The position numbers and the translations under genes are program-made. A stretch of DNA of 64,000 nt from Fimicolochytrium jonesii. Its lineage: Eukaryota. Numbering within the stretch: position 1 is the first letter of the stretch; each line of letters starts with the position of its first letter. The DNA is taken from the NCBI RefSeq assembly GCF_025526975.1, contig NW_026515682.1, positions 372,001 to 436,000 of the forward strand. Direction: 5' to 3'. The notes below the pieces were generated by a model. The model was not told the DNA's origin, did not search any database, and worked only from the letters and a program-made list of their open reading frames with translations. Below are positions 46,445 to 60,016 of this stretch, piece by piece.

Positions 46445-49400
46445 ATGCAGCGTCACCAGCGCCACTCGCAAGCCCAGCAGAACGGGTTTATCTCTGAACC
46501 TGTCTTTGGCGGCGGTCAGCCTCAACAACAGCCATATGGTGCGGACCCCTTTGCGCCTTCCGGGGGATATTCAGACCCTTTCCAGCAGAATTTTCCTGCG
46601 CCGGAACAACAGCGTCAACACCAGCAAAATGGCTCCTATGGATATCAGTCTCAGTCGTACGAGCACACACAGAGTCCGCCGCGGCCTAGCCTTGGATATG
46701 GCACCACTAATGCGAGCGGGGATACTTCAAGCCTGTTTGGATCCAATGCTCAAAGTATGTGTTGTACCTGTGGATACTTTGCGCAATTTATGCTTCAGCG
46801 AACATAACCCAACCATTTACTCTAGCTGGATTGGCAAATGGACGCGATCCTTTTGCCGCACCTGTACAATATGGTCAACCTCCGTCTGTCGCACACCCCT
46901 CATCGTCCACCGGAGCGGCATTCAAGTCACGAGCAGGCTCTCTCGTCCCCTCATACAACGATCCCGTCAACAATGCCACTACGGCGACGGCATCCTTCTT
47001 TGATGAATTCGGCGTAGCTGACGCAGCGCAGCCTAGTCCGGGAAATACTCGCAGCAAGAAGATCATGGATGTGTTTGATTTTGGAGCAGCCGCGAAGCCT
47101 CTACAAGCCCCGAAAGCATCCGTCGCGGCGAAACCGGCTCCTGGCGCTATACCTCCCAGAGCCCCGCCCGTAGCGAATAGTCAGTCCTCGGGCCACCGCG
47201 GACCGTCGCACGAGCAGCCAACGGCGACTCAAATCAAGGCTTCACCTCAGCCACCAGGCGGGAGAAGAATAAGCAACTCGAGCTCATCATCTCATCATGT
47301 TTACCCTCCACCGCCAATGACGGATGTTTTCGAGAATGCCGTGAACACCAAGCAGACGGAGTCGTGGAACCACAGCGGCTCCATGCCGGCATCTCGAGCT
47401 GCATCGCGAAAACCCTCAGCTGTGGCTATTGCTGACACAGGAAGGGGACAGGAGCCGAATGCGAACTTGTCAGTCAATCTCTCGAAAGGTACCTCGCAAA
47501 ATTTCTCGCGAGCGGCGTCCGCGTCGGAGTTCGGGATGGGTGGTGTTCAGAATCCTGCGAGCGCATGGCAAACCACCAACGCTTCCCACAATGCATCGCG
47601 GAAGCCTTCAGCTGTCGACGTCTTCCCTACCTCCGAACAGAGGCCAACTGCACATATTGAGCAGAACACTGAGGAAGCGCGACAAGAGTCTGATGAAAAT
47701 ACTGGCTTTGCTGGGTTCGGGCAACAGGCGATTTCTGTCGAGCCTTTCGGGTGGGGAGATAATACGGCGGGAGGCAACGCTTCATCTGATGCAGCAATAC
47801 ACTCTGGCAATACTCACTATGGAGGGGACGATTTCGGGTTAGCCTCTGGTGGAGGTCAACAAGCTGCCCCTTTCGCCGTCGAAATGCCCCCCGTTGATCC
47901 GCACCCGTCTACAACGCTGCGTCGAGAGCAACCTGCTGCTGTCAGTGACTCCTTCGGCGCTCCGCCACCCATTGAAATGCATTCGTCTACAACGCAGTCT
48001 GAACAGCAGCCTGCCGCTTTCAAGGACCCCTCCGGCGCTCCGCCATCCGACTCGTTTACAAAGCAGTCCCAAGAGCATCCTCCTGCTTCCAATGACCCCT
48101 TCGGTGCTCCGCCACCGGTTGGCAGAGCTCCTTCAGCCCGGGCCTTCGGTAATACGGCATCCTCTGGTGATCATACAAGCGTTCAACCACCTTTTACGCA
48201 GACTGCTTCGACCACAAACCTGACTACGGAACAATTACACCCAGCGGAACCTCCAAAGGCGCCCACTTCCGTTCAATCTACACCGGCGCCTTCTGCTTTG
48301 CCCCCACCTCCGAAGTCAGGGAACTCTACTGCAACTCCACAGCCCACTGTAGCTGTTCCGCTTCCACCTTCTTCTTTAGCGAAGCCCGTCGATGTTCCTA
48401 CCCAGGAGACCGAGGGTGAGGCCGCTCCACCAGTTGGAGCTCCGGAACCCACGCCAACATCAAAGGCACATAATATCTCCCCACCATCAGCCAAGCCGAA
48501 GAACCCAGTCGCTCAGAAAGCCAAGCCAGTCACGCGCGGACTCGATAATGAAAAGCTGAATGCGATGAAGCTGTGGGACTGGGCACAGAAGCCAACAAAG
48601 TCCGGGTCCGGACAACAGGCCTCCACAGCTGGTAGCGTGTCCCCGGCGGCGCCGCCGAGCGTCGGTTCATCAACTCAGGAGCATCATGGGGTGAAGGAGG
48701 CTACGGCATCGAGTAGTGCACCTTCTTCGACTGTACCACTTCAGTCACAAGCACCTCCTACCAACACCACTAACTTTGCAGTAGACGACGTCTTCAAGGC
48801 TGAGCAATCTCCACGGTCTCAACCGGAAGATCTCGGCGACCCGAGAGCCGAGTTCGAAGCAAATACTACACAAACAACTCAGCCCGCTGCGGATTTCAAC
48901 GAGTTCAATTCAGGAGAAAATGTCAGTTCGCATCATCAAGTGGACCAGGGTCTATTTGACACGGCCTCGGAGCCCGCTCCAACTGAAAGTACCCTTGCTC
49001 CGCCGCAAAGCTCTTACGATGCATTTGTTTCTCAGCCATTGCATGGCGATGCTTTGGGCTATGGACAGTACAATTTCGCAGGTACTGGCATTGCGGACGT
49101 GCAGTCTGGTTCAGGCGAGGAAACCTCTGACTCGACCTGGGACACCTTAGGCGACTTTGCGGCCACTGGCTTTGCTGGTTATGGAAACAACAACGACTTC
49201 GGGTCCACTCCTCTCGTCGATAGTAGTTCCGTCGAGCAGCAAACAACCGCTCATGAGGAGACTCAGCCGCCTACTGATCAGTACCAGCAGGAACAACCAT
49301 ATACGAATTACGCTGGTGCTGGTGACGGCGAGAAAATTGGCGCTCCACACGATCCTTTCGATTTCAGCGGTGCTACACAAGCCGATGAACCAGCGAAGAC

Positions 49401-52400
49401 AGCCGACAGTCTCTTTGGTAACGGCGAGTGGAATCACGTAACCGATTTTGGCAACGTGCACCCGGAAACAAAAGTGTCCCAAGATGACCTGCCTCTAAAC
49501 ACTTTCGCCGCTCCTCCAGCTGCATCTACCGAACTTTTTGCTGCGGTGCCACAACCATCGTCCGAGCTTCCACAAGAGGCCAACTTTGTCTCGCCGGACT
49601 TTGCGGGCTTTGGCCAGCCATCCTCTGACCCGTTCGCCTTTGCGGGAACGCAGTCAGCATTTGATGCTCGAAACCCGGTGTCTGAGCAAGCACAGCAGCC
49701 TCAAGCTGAACTTTCGCAGATTGGCGATACTATCATGGACCATTCGTTTGGAGGGTACGACCAGTCCTTCGGTGGATTTGGGCACAGCTACGACCAGTCG
49801 TATGACCAAAGTCAGCAGTATCCGGCGGAAGGGCGAAACACTAGTGGTGACAACACGGCTGCGTTGTATGGGAATGATCATTACGGAGAAGGGGGTTTCG
49901 CGAGCCAAGACCAGGCTGCGCCACAGGATGCGTCTGCGCACGATTCATTTGCGTTCACGCAGAACGCGCAAAGATATGAGTACGACCGGCAAGGTTACGA
50001 GCAACAACCGACCGAGCAACAACCGACCGAGCCATCGCAGTCTCCTGTCCAACAGCAGCAACCCGACGCTGCCTTCCTTGCTGATGCCGCTGGTCAGTCG
50101 TCGACCGCGCAAAACATCTATGACTACAGTTACACCGGATATGAACAGTATCCGTCCTACGACAACCAGTCAGTCAACGCTCCGCCTACCTTCTCTACTC
50201 CGGCACCTACGCAAGATGGTGGTCCACCCCAGGACAATGCGTTCCCGGCTGCAGAGCAAACCAACAACTACGCCAGTGATGCGTACTACGGAACCGGATA
50301 TGGTGATGCAGGGGCGACCGGTCATTTTGAGAGTCAGGCGGCGGTAGTCGACCCGAATGGAAGTTTCGCGGCAGCGGACTACTCGCAAGGGTATGATGCC
50401 AACCACTCGGCTTATGGCGCGAATGATGGCACCCCGCAGTATGACGCCAGTCAGGCTCAGTATGGTGCGGGAGACGGCACGCACCAGTACGATAGAGCCA
50501 CGTACAATGCTGAGGGTGCTTTTGCAGCGGGCCAGGATTACGCATACGGCAACGACCAATACGGACAGCAATATCCGCCGCCGCAGGATGCGACTGCTAC
50601 GTCAACCCCACCGCCCACCTCTAAAGCCGATGATCAGTTGAACGCGGGCAACAATACGTACCCTGAGCTAAAGCCGGCGACTTCGAACACGTCCGTGAAC
50701 GCACTTCCTTCTCATCCAATGTCGCCTGAATTCGACGGTCGCAGTAGCGTTAGCGTCAACAGCAGTGCTTCCAATGTTCTGGAGTACATCGCGTGTCCGA
50801 AATGCTCGAAGCGAAACGACTCTGAATGCAACTTCTGCGGAAAGTGCGGCACAAACCTGTCTGGTTTGCCTGTCGTCAATGCTCGCAACGCCGCGGGACC
50901 TGGCGCCGTTTCCCTTGACAGTTTCAGTCAGGCTTTCAGACAGTACGGTGCGCCCACTGAAGTGCCGGGCAGGGTTTCCAGCACTGGCCCGAGGATGTCA
51001 ACCCCGGCCATTGTCGATCGTAATAATGTGGCTGGAGTAGCTTTGGCCCCACCGCCTATGAACACTTCTCCGGGAGGTGTACTCACGCCAAACATCCGTG
51101 GCGGCCCGAAACGTAGCAGAACTCCAGGGTACCATCCGGCAAGTGCCCCGCTGGAGACCTCCCCCACCACTCTCGCGTACCAAGCGACGGATGCGTCAGC
51201 AGCGTACCCACAGCAACCGTTTCAGCTTTCGCAGCAGCAGATGGGAAGAGCCTCGCCAGTTCCGGCGTACCCAGTGCAACAAGCTGCACCTGCCGAACCC
51301 GCAGGTTTTGAGGACCCTCTAGGTCGCCACCGTGGCCATTGCGTTGCGGTATTCGGACCAAACGGGAAACTGTTCACTACCTTCCCGCAACGTCAGACGC
51401 GGTACGTCACGGACGCATACGGGCGCCCCTCGGTGGTGCAGAAGACGTACCCCGGAACGGTCTCCATCACGCCCATGTCTCAGGTGGTTAACCCGGCCGT
51501 CATCGAAGGTTACAAGAGCCATCCTGGCCCGTTGATTGGTGGAAAGTCGAAGGTGAAGAAGAAGGACGTGGTCAAATTTGTTGAGGAGATGGTCAACGTT
51601 GTTACTACGGAGAAGCGGTTCCTCCAGGATGCCGCGAGTGTTAAAGCTAGGGACAGTGGATTCATCACTGAGGATGAGCAGAACGCGGTTTCCGAGAAGG
51701 AGGATGAGGAGCTCACGCTTAGCCTGTTGAAGCTGATTGTGGAGAACGATGGTCCTGTTGTTTCTCCGATCAGCAACCCGGCAGGAGACGCGTCGGTCAA
51801 GAAGGTCATGCAGCTGCTCAGCCCTGCTGACAACGCCACCGCTCTTCAGAATGGACGACATGTTGATCAGATTCTTGGCGCTCTTCTTTCCTCTGACAAG
51901 GATGCAGCCGTCAACGCAGCTGTTGCTGGAGGGTTGTGGTCACATGCGCTCTTGATTGCCAGTAACGTCAGCAAAGACAAATACCGCGACGTGGTAACTC
52001 AGTTCTTGAGGAATGAGTTTACCGATGCTGCTAGCGCTACCTCACGGACGGGCAACCTGGGAGGGGCGGGTGAAAAGAGCGAGTCTGCCGCGCTGAGATT
52101 CCTGTACGGATTATTTGGTGGCCTCGCTCCTCAAGTCATCGATGACTTCTTGCCGGTGTTCGACGGAACGCGCCCGGCTGCTTCGGTCGCTACATTGGAC
52201 AAATGGCGGGAAGTTGTCTGTTTGATCTTGGCTAATCGCACTCCGGGAGACCTGAACGTGGTCGCTGCACTTGGTGATCGGCTGAAAGCACAGAACCGGA
52301 ACAGCGCTGCGGAGTTTTGCTACTTGTTGGCGAGCATACCAGGAATGTTCAACGGTATCGATGCTCCGAACGGTCGTGTCGTACTTCTCGGATCCGACCA

Positions 52401-55340
52401 CATCAAGAACCCGTCCGCTTTCTTCCTCTCGTCTACTGCGCTTCGCAAAACGGAAATCTTGGAATTTGCCCAAACCCAGCACAACTCGGCTGGCATCTCG
52501 AACAGCATGCCTCACTTGCAAGCGTACAAAGTGCAATTTGCGTCCGTTCTCGCCGACATTGGCTTAGTCGACCAAGCGACCAAATACTGCGATGGCATCG
52601 AGTCTGTTGTCAAGCAGTACGCCAAGGGAAGTCCTTACTTCCATCGCACTTTTGGCCTCGCTCTGGGAACTTTGAGTGCTCGATTAGCCGCCGCAAAGGA
52701 AGGTCCCGGGGCGTTGAGCGGTGCGGCCGCGGCCGGAAAGGAAGGGTCCAGCTGGCTCAGCAAGCTTGGAAGCCTTGGGGCTCGGGGTGTTGAGAAGCTC
52801 ATGAACAACGCCCTTGGCGAAGCCGATGTTAGGCCCTCCAGCCCAAGCAACAGCCTTCTCACTCCAGCAGCTGTCGCAGACGGCCGATTCACTCCTGGAC
52901 CGAGCTCGGCCCCTATTCAAGGAAGCCCTCTCGCTGGCAACGCTGGCCCCGGTTTCGAACGCCCCGGATCCACTCCGCTGCTGAACGATACCGCGTCCTT
53001 CTCGCAACTTGCACAGGCTCCACAATTCCAGTCGGCCGGAAGTCCCAATCGATTTGCGGCCGCGACATCTCAGACCGGAGCATCCTACGGTCAAAGCTAC
53101 CAGGCGTCCGATGACCTGGGCTATGCAAGTCAAAACGCATACTCGACCGCCGAAACCACCACTTATCCCGCGTACGATCAGAATACCACGTTCGGCGCCG
53201 ATCAAGCTCAATACGCAGCAGACCCAAGCGGCCAGCAGTATGCGGATGGCAATCAATATGGAGATTACGGTGCTAGCGGACAGGAGACACAAGGCCAGTA
53301 TGACCAACAACAGTATCAGCAATATGGCGAAGCCCCGCAACAACCAGGGCAGGATCAGCTGCAAAGTTGGGATGGCGCGTATGGCCAAACCGGATACGAG
53401 CAGCAGTTGCCAGAGGGCCAGCAATATGATCCGAACTCGTATCAAAACGGGTACGGACCGGCGGAAGGTGGCGAGGCCCATAGCCAGCAAGCAAATGCAA
53501 ATGCGTATGGCGAAGGCGGCTTTGAAGGTAATCAACAAGGGTACGGTGATCAAGCCTATGGGCAATATGGGGCCGACCAGGATCAAAATCCCAACGCGAG
53601 CGGATTTGCGGATTACGGCGAGGGGCAAAATCAAGCTCAGTATGGATATGAGGGTGGTGACGCACAAGATCCGAACATCCAACAGGCCTATGGAGATTAC
53701 GGGTACGGTTATCCCACCGCCGACCAACAACAGTACGGTGCTGTTGAAGGTACTGAGAGCTACGGCGATCAACAAGCAAACAACTATGGCACTGGTTTCG
53801 GAGCCGATCCTCAATATGCCCAGCAACAGGGTGGCTTTGACTCGTATGGCCAGCAGCAGCAAGCCGATGCGGGTGCGCACGACTACGGGACCGACGAAAC
53901 CGCCGCCCTGCAGGACCCTGCACCGCAACCTCCTCCTCCGGCATGGGGCCAGTCGTATTACGACAGCGTGAATGCCCCGCCTCCTGATGCTGAAGGCGAC
54001 AGCAGCTATGCTGACGAGAAAGTTGGAAGTCAGGCTGCCGTTACCGGGCCAAGCGAGGAGGATGATCTGGGGCTGGGCAACAAGACCCGCGGAAAGGGCA
54101 AGAAGGCCGACGCGGCCGGTCCTCCACCCACGGCAGGAAAGGGAAAGGCAGCAGCCATGCCGGACAGTGGAAACAAGGATGACAAGAAATCCGATGATGG
54201 GAAAGACAAGTCTAAAGACGACAAAGACGCCAAAGACAAAGACTCGAAAGCCCCGCAGAAGGGCCTGTTTTCCGCCTTTGGGTCTTTGTTCGGTGGTCGC
54301 AAGCGAGGCAGCAGCAGCGATGATATCAGCGCTGGCGCCAAGGACGCCGCCGGAGGTCCTGTGAAGGCCAATTTGGGAGAAAAGAGCGCGTTCTACTACG
54401 ATGAAAAGAAGAAGAAGTGGGTCAATAAGAACAACGCTGCGGATGATGACGACGAGCCGGAGTTGAAGCCTCCACCCATCGGTATGCCGTCTCCAGCGCT
54501 GCCCAGAACATCCACGCCAGGTGAGTTGTGGGCCCCTCGTATACGTTGCAAGCAATTGTTCATTTATTTGACCATTTCTCAATTTACCTCAAACAGGAGC
54601 TGGTCCGCCTTCCAGTTCCAGTCAGATCTCACCCACTGACAGCGGAGCGCCATCGCCTGCATTGGACGGTGCTCCATTCAGTGGATCAGGTGGCAAGCGC
54701 CGCGGAGCCCGCAACAAGTATGTGGACATCTTTAACCCGGACTCTGGGAAGAACTCGCCTTCCACATCCATGTCGTTCATTCCACCGGCCGGAATTACGG
54801 GAACACCGAAGATTTTGAAGGTTCGTTTGATAGTCTTCATAAGCATGCGGGAGTCCAGGGCATGATTTTACTTACTCTTGTTTCCGGTAGCCTGCAACGA
54901 TGAACCGAAACACCACATTCTCGCACTTCGGTCAACCTGCGCCAGGCGGTGTTGTCGCGTCCGACCCGAACAACAAACCAATTCCGGCCTCTGCACTAGC
55001 CACTGCCGGAAAGGAAGGACCTCAACAAGCCCGCGGCGCACGGCCACCACCGCAACCCACCCAACCCGTCCGCGCAAACACCACAGCCGTCCCAGCTTCC
55101 CACTTCCAGAGACCACCCGCCCTCCCACAATCGCGCCCTATACCACCCCAAGCGCAGGGCCGCAGCTTGGTCAGCGGGCCGGGAGTCAACCGGCCCACGG
55201 CACAACCGAGACGGACATCGGAAACGGGGCCTGATCGGAGGTATGGTGCTTTGTCGCCTAAGGCGTCGCATATGTCGATGGCTGGGCAAGCTGGCGCCGG
55301 TGCGGTGCAGAAACAAGGAGCGCCGCCCGCTGATTTTTAG
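46445..55340 (+). CDS. SEC16: COPII coat assembly scaffold Sec16
   Basis: Central conserved domain HCVAVFGPNGKL, LWSHALLIAS, KWREVVCLILANR, AAEFCYLL, TEILEFA, PHLQAYK..LADIG; C-terminal FYYDEKKKKWVNK and ARNKYVDIF; long disordered flanks. Confidence 0.92.
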
Positions 55341-55951
55341 AGATGTGAAGTAGACGAGGGGTCCTCATATAGTGAGTGGTGATGGTGTGTGCACATCGTC
55401 GACATTTTGGGAAGATGCATATCTAGTTGTTGGGGTGCGCCGTCTAAGACGAGTATTACGGTCTATGTCACCTCAAATAAGGAGGGGGAAACCGGAAAAC
55501 CGCAAACTGTCTCTTATAGATCTCCATAGCTCATAATCTTTTCTCATGTCATTCTATGCATTGTGGCTTCTAATCTGAACATCATCGTTTCAAAAACACC
55601 CAGCCTTTTCTCATATTTGTTTGTTGACAGCGAGCCCGACGCGGATTTCGACAGGGACGTCGTTTCTTTCGTTCCACAAATGCCGCAAACTCGTAGTAAC
55701 TATGATCTGACGACGGATGGAACTTGGCCGTTCGCCGTCGACTTGGCATTCTCGCTGTGTGTACAGTACATATGTACAGTAGGCTCGCTATGTGTATACA
55801 GTATACTGTATAAGCACGGGCGGGCTTCCAAAAAGCACAGCCTTGTATACATACGATGTAAGTGCAGCCCTTCATCACAACGCTTCTTCTCCACTAGCTA
55901 TCGCACTTCCGCACCCAACCCCGGGGAACAACATTCGCATAAAGAACCATC

Positions 55952-56551
55952 ATGCCTCTGATCGGCATCGGCTCCCACGTCAACAGCACCCACGACAAAA
56001 CCTACACCCGCGTCGTCAAAGAGTACACCCTCAAAGACGTCCGCGCCGTGCACCTACCCGAGCGCAACACCCTCGTCGTATCCGGGTCCGTGCACCTCTA
56101 CGTGAAAACCTTCCTCGTCGCCTTCTTTGTCGTTGCCGAAGGCAAACTTCTGCGTCCGGGTGAAACCACCATCGTGCCGCGTACAACCACCCGCGGGGCG
56201 ACCCAGTCGGTGTCGGCGGACAGGGATGTAGGTGCGCAGGTGCTGTGGATGCGGGATCCTGCCGGTGCCGTTCGGAAACCGGAGGATACGGGGAATCTTT
56301 TTGTGAGTCCTAGGAACTGCTCGTTGGACCCGTTTGATTGGGTGTTTGGGTTTGAGATTGAGCTGGAGGTGTCCGAGGGCTGGACCCCCGATGAGGAGCA
56401 GAGGGTGTTTGTGAGGGCGACCGTGCAACGGGCTCTGCAGTCGGATGGGAATTATGAGTGTCACAAGGTGGTTCATGTGGAAGCGCACGGCGGCGAGGTT
56501 TTACCGTCGTACACTGAGATAGTAGGTGCAGCCGCCGTCCAGGACGTGTAG
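55952..56551 (+). CDS. Hypothetical intronless 199-aa protein, beta-rich, with a C-terminal LPSY motif
   Basis: Clean ATG-TAG ORF with coding-like codon pattern; no family recognised. Confidence 0.65.
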   Translation: MPLIGIGSHVNSTHDKTYTRVVKEYTLKDVRAVHLPERNTLVVSGSVHLYVKTFLVAFFVVAEGKLLRPGETTIVPRTTTRGATQSVSADRDVGAQVLWMRDPAGAVRKPEDTGNLFVSPRNCSLDPFDWVFGFEIELEVSEGWTPDEEQRVFVRATVQRALQSDGNYECHKVVHVEAHGGEVLPSYTEIVGAAAVQDV

Positions 56552-57346
56552 ATGGTGCGGCAGTCGATCACTGAGTAGCAGAGATATCGAAGGCTTGCGT
56601 TTTCTTTCTGCGCACTTTGGGACTTTGGCGTACTTGGGGTTTTTGGTGTAAAAGATGGTGTGTTTCTGTAGTGTGCTCTGTACTGTACTACCACTTGGCT
56701 ACCATCGTGTCGATAATTTATTATACGCACTGTACTCTGGTTGCTCAACTCCAGAATGTTTTTGGTCCTTTTTAATCTAACCGTTCAGTCGTCTAGTAGG
56801 ATGTGATCGGAACCCGCGCTGCCATATATGGTGGGGCACCCTATGAGACGTCGGAGCAGCCATGGCCCATGGCCATTTTATGCCTTGCACACAGGTCCCG
56901 TTTCCTATCTTGCACGCCCAAACAAAAAGGCGATGAACCATACCGTATGGTCATGAAATCACATCAAATTCACATCTTTCTGCTTCCATCTCGCAAATTA
57001 CAGAAGGGGCGGGCACCTCAGAGACCCAGCCTCGCAAGTAAAAGAAAATACATCCCCCAGGCATACATGCCCTCCTACTCGCGCTTCCCCCTCTTTCCTC
57101 ACCGCCCGAATCAAAGAAACCCTCAAAATGCAACAAAAAAAGGGGGCAAAGGCCACAAAACCTTATCAACGCAAAAGCTCTGCCATCCCAAAGTCTCCGG
57201 TGGTCGGTTTTGCATCCCGCTTCCGGCGCACCATCCCCCACATCGACCCCACATCGCTATAACGCCCTGGCATATTATCACAGAGCGGAAAGCGCCATCC
57301 CATCAACCACCAAAGATGTTATCACCACTCTTACATTCCTATCTCT

Positions 57347-59353
57347 TCAGATGCCCGACGCAGAGTCCTCCGTCGTGACCGCCGATGCGACAGGGTTGGC
57401 GTCCACATCCATCTTGTCCTGCTCATCAGCGGCCGGGTGATGGGGTTGCTTGACCGGACTTGCGGCAGACGGTTTGACCGGGGACGTTGCAGGCTTAATT
57501 GGGGACGACGCCTGTTTGACGGGCGACGCGGGGGCATTTACGGGTGAGGTAGCGGGCTTTGTAGGGGAGGCAGGGGCGTGCGCTTTGGTTGGGGACGCGG
57601 AGGCCGGTTTGGTTGGGGACGCTGCTGCGGTGGCGGACTTTGTTGGGGATGGAGGGAGGGTGATTCGCTGTTTGTTGGGCGAGCCGGTGGCGGGAGACTC
57701 AGGGTGGTCCTGCGTCTTTGGTGATTGTGGGTTGGCCTTTTTCGGGCTTTTGGCGTCTTGTGCAATGTCCATGGCCGTTCCCTCGTTTTCCCTCTCATCA
57801 GATGCTGGCTTGGGTTCCTCTGCATGGTCTCCGTTTACTTTCGAGTCGTCGCCTTCTTCGCCAGGGCCATCACCGGAAGCGGAAGCGGGCGCATCGGTTG
57901 ACTCCAAGTTGAACTGGGTTCTGAGCTTGTTCATCAGTTCCAATGATTTGGAGACAATTTGGTACTTGTCCTCGGGAATATGCAGCTTGGTAACGTGCTT
58001 AACGACTTTGCCCGCCTTGCTTTCCTGTTGAGGGTGGAGGAATGGACAAATGAAAGTCAGTATAGATCCTCACGCTATGGATCGGACCTTGTGACACATT
58101 TTGTACCTTGATGAGCGGTAAGGTCAAAGGAAACTCGTCGAGCTCCCCGATCAGATCAGCAACAGCCTGGTACTCGTCGTCCTGATGGGAAAGCAAAAGA
58201 CGAGGTCAATCTTCCATTTCCGCACACGAATCCCGATAAAGTGATGAACATACCTCGACTGTTTCAGGCTCTGCCTTGATCTTCTTCATGAATGTCTGCA
58301 GCTTTTGCCTGATCTTGAGTAACCTCTCTGACGAGCGAGATGTTATGAATTCCAGATGGTGATATGCATGTCAAGCGAATGCGACTGATCCGCAAGACAA
58401 ATGGGACGTACTGAGAGCCTTCTCCTTAGCGTATTCTTCATTATCAGCCTTCTTGTGGTGTTTTCTTGTTCCCTCCGACTCGTCTCCCGATCCGTCGCCT
58501 TTGACGCGCTTTCTACGCTTTCGCTCGGACTTGGGCTACGATGGAGACATTGTATAAGCGAGAGATTCACCACACATCGAAACGTTCCCGCTGTGAGCTC
58601 CGCAAACGCACCTCATCGTCATCACCAGAATCCGCCACATTTCGGCTCTTCGCTCTCTTGGCGGAACTTCCTTCGGTTCGCTTTCTCTTGCCAACACTCT
58701 CACTTGGCGTCTCTGGTGCCTCCGACTTTCGCTTCTTCTTGTGGCTTACAGGGTCCCCACCAGATGATTTACGCCTGCTAGGAGTTTTCGCTTTCGTTTC
58801 AATGGCGGCGGCCGCATGGCGCGCTCGTGCCTCTGCCACCTCCCGAACCACACGTTCCGGATCTTCAGCTTCTCCCATCGCTCGGTGGAACATAGCCATT
58901 TTCTTCTTTCTTCCAAGTTCGTCTTTGTGCTCGTGGAAGTCTCTCAATTGGTCGGGGGCGATCCATCCGCTTTTGGAGAAATGAATGCCATGATGAGTCT
59001 CGAGAAGAGGTTTCCCGCAGTCATATCAGAAACGAGAGTACTTACTAGTTTCGCGAACCAAAAAAGAACACGGGGATCGACTTGGGTGCCTTCTCCCTCA
59101 ACACGTCCTCCGGCAAATCATGCTCGTCTTCGATCTGACGGGAACTATAAGCCAACGGTATACGTAGTGCTCGTGTTCCAAATGATGTTTTCCCTACCCT
59201 AGAAGGCCACCAGGAGTGTCCCTTCATTTTGGACCAGACGATGGCCCCTGTAGGAAATGTTGTGGGCCCATCTGCAGGGGCTGGAGTCGTCGGTTCCACC
59301 TCTGGCTTCGGCGCCTCTACAGCCTGCGTCGTGTTGTCATCATCGACATCCAT
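57347..59353 (-). CDS. PWWP-domain chromatin protein with SP-repeat C-terminal tail
   Basis: FPTGAIVWSKMKGHSWWPSR|..IPVFFFGSRN; basic central region; ASPTK/ASPVK repeats; several introns. Confidence 0.8.
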
Positions 59354-60016
59354 GGTGTTGCTGGAAAGGTCAGGAAGATAATCGCACATGATCAGTACTT
59401 GTAGATCGCCACCAAGAAACACGCGGAGGAAAAAGGCGACATTCGAGCAGGGCTCAGCAACCAAGGACAATGAAGATAAAGGGTTCCCCGTGCCATACCT
59501 GAAGAAAGCTTACGGCTACAGACGCGGCTATGGGCAGCTGGTGGGTGGTATGCAGTTAGGTTCTGGCAGGTAGAGCGGGTCGCATCTGCTCGGAATGCAC
59601 AGGGTCTTCACCAGAGGTGTTCGGGAAGTGACACGGCTTTCGGACACGCGCGGTCGCGTGGGATCACATGACGTGCACGCATTTATTTGACAACCTTGCT
59701 CGACACCTCTCACCTCGAGTGGGACTCTTGCAAAGCCCTGTGCCATTTGTGAATCGCCCATTCCCACCGGAACATTGCTGCAGCCCTCAGAAACTCCCTT
59801 GACCTGACCTGGCCTGCGCTTAACCCACTTTCCTTGTGTCCCGTAGTCGCTCTGCCTGCCCTCGTTCTCACTGTGTTGTCGGCTCCACCATTTGCCCCCA
59901 CGTTGTCACTCACTCCTACAGAGTGTCCCCCCCACGCGTCCCTGCCATCCCGGACGACGACCGCTACTTCGCTCAGCCAGCCACACCTGTATACTAAAGC
60001 GACGGTGGTTTCGATA

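Noticed and set aside
52684..54582. 632-aa minus-strand ORF and similar long antisense ORFs over RAD5, SWI1 and PAH1
   Set aside because: Shadow frames of GC-rich coding sequence with no motifs of their own.
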